In this document: one piece after another, positions 56,635 to 62,448 of the stretch
Layout: each line of letters begins with the position of its first letter
How positions within the stretch are numbered: position 1 is the stretch's first letter
Source of the DNA: Octopus bimaculoides
Lineage: Eukaryota
Length of the DNA: 62,448 nt
Reading direction: 5' to 3'
NCBI RefSeq assembly: GCF_001194135.2
Contig: NC_068981.1
Span: 180,944,181 to 181,006,628 of the forward strand
Program-made: the position numbers and the translations under genes
The notes under the pieces: model-generated
The model's database searches: none
What the model was told of the DNA's origin: nothing
What the model saw: only the letters and a program-made list of their open reading frames with translations

Positions 56635-57859
56635 GCTGTGTGTGTAATGTGAGTAGTGTTTTTCTGTTGAGTATCCAGCCTGTGAAGTACATGTTGTGGG
56701 AATCATTTTATTGGATATTTACTGTATAGAGTATGTCTCCTATTCGTGGATTGTTTTGTTTGGGTTGTATTATTGAATTGATGGTGTCTTAAGGTGGCGA
56801 GCTGGCAGAAAGGTTAGCACGCTGGGAGAAATGCTTAGTCATATTTCGTCTGTCTTTACATTCTGAGTTCAAATTCCGCCAAGGTCAACTTTGCCTTTCA
56901 TCCTTTCAGGGTCAATAAATTAAGTACTAGTTGCGTACTGGGGTCAATATAATCAACTGCCACCCCCCAAAAGAATTTGTGGCCTTGTGCCTAGAGTAGA
57001 AAATAATTGATGGTGTCTTGCATAAGATGTCAGTTGTTCCTGGCTGGTCTTATTATTATTATTATTATGCTTTTCTTTAATTTATATAAGCTGCACCCAA
57101 GTCTCAAGCAGAAACATGAAGAAACAAGTTTTTGCATCTAAAGATGCAAACAGGTTTGGTGCCATGCAATTGAAAAAAAATTAATGATAGACGCAGGAAT
57201 AGCTATGCGGTAAGTAGCTTGCTTACCAACCACATGGTTCTGAGTTCAGACCCTCTGCGTGGCACCTTGGGCAAGTGTCTTCTACTATAGCCTCGAGCCA
57301 ACCAAAGCTTTGTGAGTGGATTTGATAGATGGAAACTGAAAGAAGCCCGTCGTATGTATATATATATATACCAGAGTAAGCACATAAATGTGCAACAAGG
57401 TGGAAAAGAGAGTACTCAAATACCAGAGGTAGAGTAATATGCTTTATTTAAAAGCAGCTGCTGCTTTTAAATAATATATATATATATATANNNNNNNNNN
57501 NNNNNNNNNNNNNNNNNNNNNNNNNNNNNNNNNNNNNNNNNNNNNNNNNNNNNNNNNNNNNNNNNNNNNNNNNNNNNNNNNNNNNNNNNNNNNNNNNNNN
57601 NNNNNNNNNNNNTATATTGCTTGACAACTGACGCTGGTGTGTTTACATTCCTGTAACTTAGCGGTTCAGCATAAGCAGCCAATAGAATAAGTACTAGGCT
57701 TACATAGAATAAGTCCTGGGGTTGATTTGCTCGACTAAAGGCAGCGCTCCAGCATGGCCACAGTCAAATGACTGAAACAAGTAAAAGAGTAGATAAAATA
57801 AACTGATGTCTGTGTGTTTTTTTTAAAAAAGAAATCTCTTTATAAAATTTATAAATAAT

Positions 57860-58085
57860 TTAATGGAAAAGATTGTATCAACACAGTGAGGAATGTAAAT
57901 AAAATATCTGAGGTACTCATAAATACAATCTTTTGCAATTTACTTATTTCAAGGCTGCTTGGAATTTGGTTTGCATATTTGGTTGGCTTCTTTTGACATC
58001 GTTCCAATAGCAATGGGTAATGTTGTTTTGAGACTCCACATTCCTCTGATTTCAGTTTGCTTGATTTCTCGAAAGTTTTCAGAGA
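57860..58085 (-). mobile_element. Second RLE-type (R4/Dong-like) C-terminal fragment
   Basis: EIRGMWSLKTTLPIAIGTMSK + IPSSLEISKLQKIVFMSTSDIL (frameshifted). Confidence 0.72.
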
Positions 58086-58599
58086 TGATGATGATGGTAC
58101 TACTACTACTACTACAACTACTACTACTACTACTACTTCTGCCAAGATTGACTTTGCCTTTCATCTTTTCGGGGTTGATATATACTAGTTGAGTACTGGG
58201 GTCGATGCAATAGACTGGACCTCTCCCCACAAAAATTTCAGGTCTTGTGTCTATAGCAGAAAAGATTATTATCGTTATTGTTATCATTGTTATCATTATT
58301 ATTATTATTATTATAATTATTATTATTAAGGCACTGAGCTGGCAGAATCGTTAACATGCTGAGCGAAATGCTTAGTGGTATTTTGCCTGTCCACCAAGGT
58401 AGACTTTGCCTTTCATCCTTTCGGGGTCGATAAATTAAGTAGCAGTTGCATACTGGAGTCAATCTAATTGATTGGCCCCTCCCCCCAAATTTCAGGCCTT
58501 GTGCCTATAGTAGAAAGGATTATTATTATCATTATAATTATTGTTGTTATTGGTTATTTAATATTGAGGATGTTGTAATTGGTTTAATTACACTTCCTA

Positions 58600-60240
58600 T
58601 CAGATGAGGAACATATGATTTTATCAGGCATTTTAACGGTTGGAAACCAAAACGTACCATCTCCACCACCTCTGACATCAAATTCTATAACAACTATGGA
58701 ATTTACACCTCAATGCTGCAACGTCACCTTAAGAATAAGTGCAACTCTGCCTCTCCTGGCCTTGATGGCGTTACGTACTTGCTTTTCAAATGTGGTGGGT
58801 ACTTCCTCCTGCACTAGCTTTTACTCTTCTTTTAGTTGTCTTAACAACGGTGCTACTCTGGAGCAGTAGAAAACTGCCAGTGTCATTCCTCTGTTCAAAA
58901 AGGGTGACCGCACGTCGCCTGTCAACTATCGTCCAGTCAGTCTTACTAGCTGCATTGCCAAACTGATGGAATCCTGTGTCAAAGAAACACTCTGGAATGT
59001 CTAGAATTCTCACAACCTTATCTGGCCCTCACAATTTGGATTTATACCTAACTCCAGCTGTTGTAATCAACTCATTGAGTTTCTTGAAGACATCACCCGG
59101 GTTCACTGATAGCGGCTCGTGAGTGGATGTTGTTTACCTTGATTTTGCTAAAGCTTTTAATTCTGTGCCACACAAAAGACTTATGGCAAAACTCTCTGCA
59201 ATGGGTGTGAAAGATGATTTTTAAAAAACTGGTTGGAGTCTTTCATTCTCAGCCAAAAAGTGGTAGTCACGGTTCTAGGACAGCGTTCTTCACCCTGTGA
59301 GATGTCATCTGGTGTACTACAGGGATCCGTTCTTGATCATTAATGACATACATGCCAACTAAAAGAATGTCACAGTGCTGAAATATGCAGATGACATCAA
59401 GCTGTACTTTGAGATAAAAAGGACAGATCCTGAACATTATAGATCTTTCCTGCAATTGGACCAGGACACAATGCGGCAATGAATCATGGACTGGCAACTC
59501 AAGTTGGCTGTGGACAAGTGTACCACCATGCATTTTGAGAGGAAAAACCCAGCGTCCACATACTCTCTCCACAACACTAATATCAAAAAGTCCTTTGTGA
59601 ACGTGACCTGGGCATTACTGTCAGCAGCTATTTGCACTGGACAAAGCATATCTCTAAAATTGTCAAGAAGGCCAAGGGTGCCTTGGCATCAATCAGCAAG
59701 ACCTTTGTTAATTGCTCTCCAGCTATCTATTTAAGGCTATGGTGCAGTCACACTTGGAATTTGTATCACCAGCTTGGCACCCCTATCTTGCTCAGAACAT
59801 TGACTTCCTGGAAAATGTTCTGAATCGTGCAACCAAGCAAATACCCTCTATCAGGTATCTACCATATGCTGAACACCTTGCTTCCCTGGGCATGGATACA
59901 CTGAAGCTCTGATGTCTGGCAGCTGACTTGTAAAAACACCCACAAAATTATTAATCATTGTGCCAACAACAATCTTGAGCCCCTTTTTGAATTCTATGTG
60001 TCTAACACACATGGGCATGCCTACAAAATCAGAAAACATCTCAGCTCCCATGACTTTCGGAGTTGCTGAAGCATGGAACAAACTACCTACATCAGTTGTC
60101 AGCTGCTGAGACATTGCATTCTTTAAAACCGCCATGCTTCCTGAAATTTGTCAACACTACACCTGATATCTGCCCTCCATATGCATGCACACATGTATAT
60201 CATGACTTATACACTGTTCACTTTCCATGGTTCTTGTTAT
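58600..60240 (+). mobile_element. CR1-clade LINE, 5'-truncated, decayed RT and 3' end
   Basis: SPGLDGV, KTASVIPLFKKGDRTSPVNYRPVSLTSCIAKLME, QFGF, VVYLDFAKAFNSVPH, QGSVL, KYADDIKLY, with stops and frameshifts. Confidence 0.92.
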
Positions 60241-60678
60241 CTAAAATTTATTATTATTATCATCGAGTGAAAGAGCAATGCATGCCATCAAAGTGACACT
60301 GGAGCACAAATATACAAAGTCATCATGACTATCCATCTGATAAGAGTATACTTGGCATGTCATTACAACCATATGTGCATGTTATGGTGATCTCATATCA
60401 CCATAAACAGTGCATGACCTTGCAAGTAAGGCTCATTTAGAATTTTCTCCAGGTCAAGTAGCCCATCCCACTCAAAAGGACCCTAAATAAGGTTTGCTTA
60501 AGGATGTTGAATGAAATACCCATGTTTTCAGAGGTGAATTATTGAAACCCCAAAGAATACCTCTCAACATATGTCTATGATGTTCCTTCACTACTCCTGC
60601 TTGTGATCAGAGATGCACATATAAACAACTAGCCCCCACCCCACAAATTTGAGGCCTTGTGCTTCCAGTAAAAAGGAT

Positions 60679-61041
60679 TATTACCTCTGCCTTAGTGAAG
60701 GCAGAGGTATTGTTTTCAGTCATGTTTGTTTGTTTGTCCATGGACAAAATATCTCAAGAACCACTGAATGGATTCGGATAAAACTTTCAGGGATGTTTGG
60801 CCTCATAACTAGCACAAACCGATTAGATTTTGGGATCAATCTGGTACCAGACAAGGATTCTGGATTATTTTTCCTGTTTCTTTACTTACTTTCTGAGATC
60901 GGTTGGGTTCATTTTTAGTATTCTCGTTTGTGAGGGCAGTCGAGTTTATTTCAGATATTCTCATTTTAAAAATCATCTCTGACTAAACGTTGAGAGGTCA
61001 TTGGTGTTGCCTTGGTGGAGGTTTGCCCTCTCTGAGTGCTC

Positions 61042-61042
<1 letters not shown>
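60679..61042 (+). mobile_element. Helentron-associated interspersed element (HINE/DINE-like)
   Basis: 5' ttattacctctgcc with hairpin acctctgcc-ttagtgaa-ggcagaggt, (GTTT)n, 3' sub-terminal repeat ccttggtggaggt then tgccctctctgagtgct and TT-rich flanks. Confidence 0.7.
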
Positions 61043-61076
<34 letters not shown>

Positions 61077-61384
61077 TCTGGCTCTTTACATTTTGAGTTC
61101 AAATTCCACCAAGGTCAACTTTACCTTTCATCCCTCTGGGGTTGATAAAATAGAGTACTGATCTAGTACTGTAGAGGTTGATAGTATGGATCACTCACCC
61201 TCCCTTCAAAATTGCTGACCTTGTACCTAAACAAGAAACCGTTATTATTGTTGTTATTGAAGAAAGGTAGCAAGCTGGCAGAATTGTTAGTGCTTCAGGC
61301 AAAATGTTTAGTGGCATTTCTTCTGGCTCTGTAGGTTCTGAGTTCAAATTCCACTAAAATCAACTTTATTTTCCATCCTTTTAA

Positions 61385-61421
<37 letters not shown>

Positions 61422-61779
61422 CATGGCAGGTTTCTTTCACTCTCCTGTCTATGAAATCTTCTAAAAAAGCTTTGGTCTGTTCTGTAGAAAAACACTTGCC
61501 CTAGTGCAGTTCATTGGGACTGAACCTGAGAGGACATGGTTGAGAAGCAAGCTTCTGAATGATTCCGTGGAAAACAAGTACTTCTTGAGGAGGAGCTCAC
61601 TCCCAGCTCATAGGATGTTGCCCTCTTCACTTTTAGACACTTAGTCGATGTTTTTGTTTCGGCAGTTATTGTTTAGAAGCTGCGATCTAAGTGACACAAT
61701 ATGGCATTGAAAGGGCGTTGGGAATAAATCTTAAGCTTTTTTCCTTGTCATTTGTTTTGAAACACAACCTGTGACATCA

Positions 61780-62140
61780 ATCATCATCATCATCGTTTAA
61801 CGTCCACTTTCCATGCTAGCATGGGTTGGACGATTTGACTGAGGACTGGTGAAACCGGATGGCAACACCAGGCTCCAATCTAATTTGGCAGAGTTTCTAC
61901 AGCTGGATGCCCTTCCTAACGCCAACCACTCTTTTACTCTTTTAATTGTCTCAGTTATTTGACTGCAGCCATGCTAGAGCACCGCCTTTTCGTCGAACAA
62001 ATTGACCCCCAGGACTTATTCTTTGTAAGCCTAGTACTTATTCTATCGGTGTCTTGTGCCGAACCGCTAAGTTATGGAGATATAAACACACCATCAGTTG
62101 TCAAACGATAGTGGGGGGACAAATGCAGACACACAAGCAT
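61780..62140 (-). mobile_element. Family C end (-) joined to SINE A 3' module (-)
   Basis: Matches the reverse complements of both consensus sequences. Confidence 0.82.
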
Positions 62141-62160
62141 ATACATACATACAGACATAC

Positions 62161-62421
62161 GGTAATCTTCAAGTTTAGGGGGATAAAAAAAATAAATAAA
62201 AATATTCAAGGGAAGTAACTGAACGTCTTACCAGTATTCTCCGTACATCTCTGTTTATAAATAAATCATACACGTGATTTGATTGACGTTAGGGTTAGGG
62301 TTAGGGTGTGATTTATTTATAAACAGCTAGAAGAAAACGGATAATACTGGTAAGTCGTTCAGTTATTTCCCTTGAATATTTTTATTTATTTTTCTTATCC
62401 CCCCTAAACTTGAAGATTACC
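62161..62421. mobile_element. Palindromic MITE (~110-bp arms) with (TTAGGG)3 in the loop
   Basis: ggtaatcttcaagtttagggggata... / ...tatccccctaaacttgaagattacc; ttagggttagggttaggg at 62289-62306. Confidence 0.85.
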
Positions 62422-62448
62422 CATACATACATACATATATACATATAT

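Larger units (their letters stand above)
55335..56760 (+). repeat. Local ~300-bp duplication (55335-55630 vs 56020-56220 + 56635-56760) with nested insertions
   Basis: ggcaaatttctactgca...tgcagcattgtatgttc and gtgtaatgtgag...tactgtatagagt each present twice. Confidence 0.7.

Noticed and set aside
57443-57475. Perfect 14-bp hairpin ttatttaaaagcag-ctg-ctgcttttaaataa
   Set aside because: It lies immediately beside (TA)n and an N-gap, so it may be an assembly fold-back artefact.
41160-62448. Search for a second host gene downstream of CEP95
   Set aside because: All ORFs over 60 aa trace to TEs, SINEs or microsatellites; small exons of a large-intron gene cannot be excluded without RNA data.

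Overview
This is AT-rich, microsatellite-dense eukaryotic genomic DNA with several N-gaps. The repeat content looks like Octopus (coleoid cephalopod); this is an inference, not a database result. One host gene is recoverable: a + strand CEP95 (CCDC45) orthologue with 18 coding exons between 7066 and 41159. All visible junctions are GT-AG and phase-consistent, giving about 726 aa. Exon 16 starts at 35876 and runs into an assembly gap. Everything else is transposable elements and their debris: RTE, CR1/L2, restriction-like-endonuclease (R4/Dong-type) and Penelope-like retroelement fragments, a Gypsy integrase remnant, a solo-LTR-like insert, a full-length but decayed maT-like Tc1/mariner, several MITE families, a Helentron-type HINE, and dozens of SINE copies from at least three modular families. 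No host exons were recognised from 41160 to 62448. No prokaryote-style system (CRISPR, operon) is present, and I found no convincing novel protein system. The most interesting observations concern repeat biology: a head-to-tail stack of nine SINEs built on (ATT)n tails, an RTE LINE with a PHD finger after YADD and a hairpin VNTR 3' UTR, an intronic fold-back with 91-bp arms, a palindromic MITE with (TTAGGG)3 in its loop, and a ~330-bp unit arranged both inverted and in tandem. Exon coordinates are exact as read from the sequence; most repeat boundaries are approximate (about +/-10-20 nt). Comparisons with human CEP95 and with TE family consensus motifs are from memory, not from a search.
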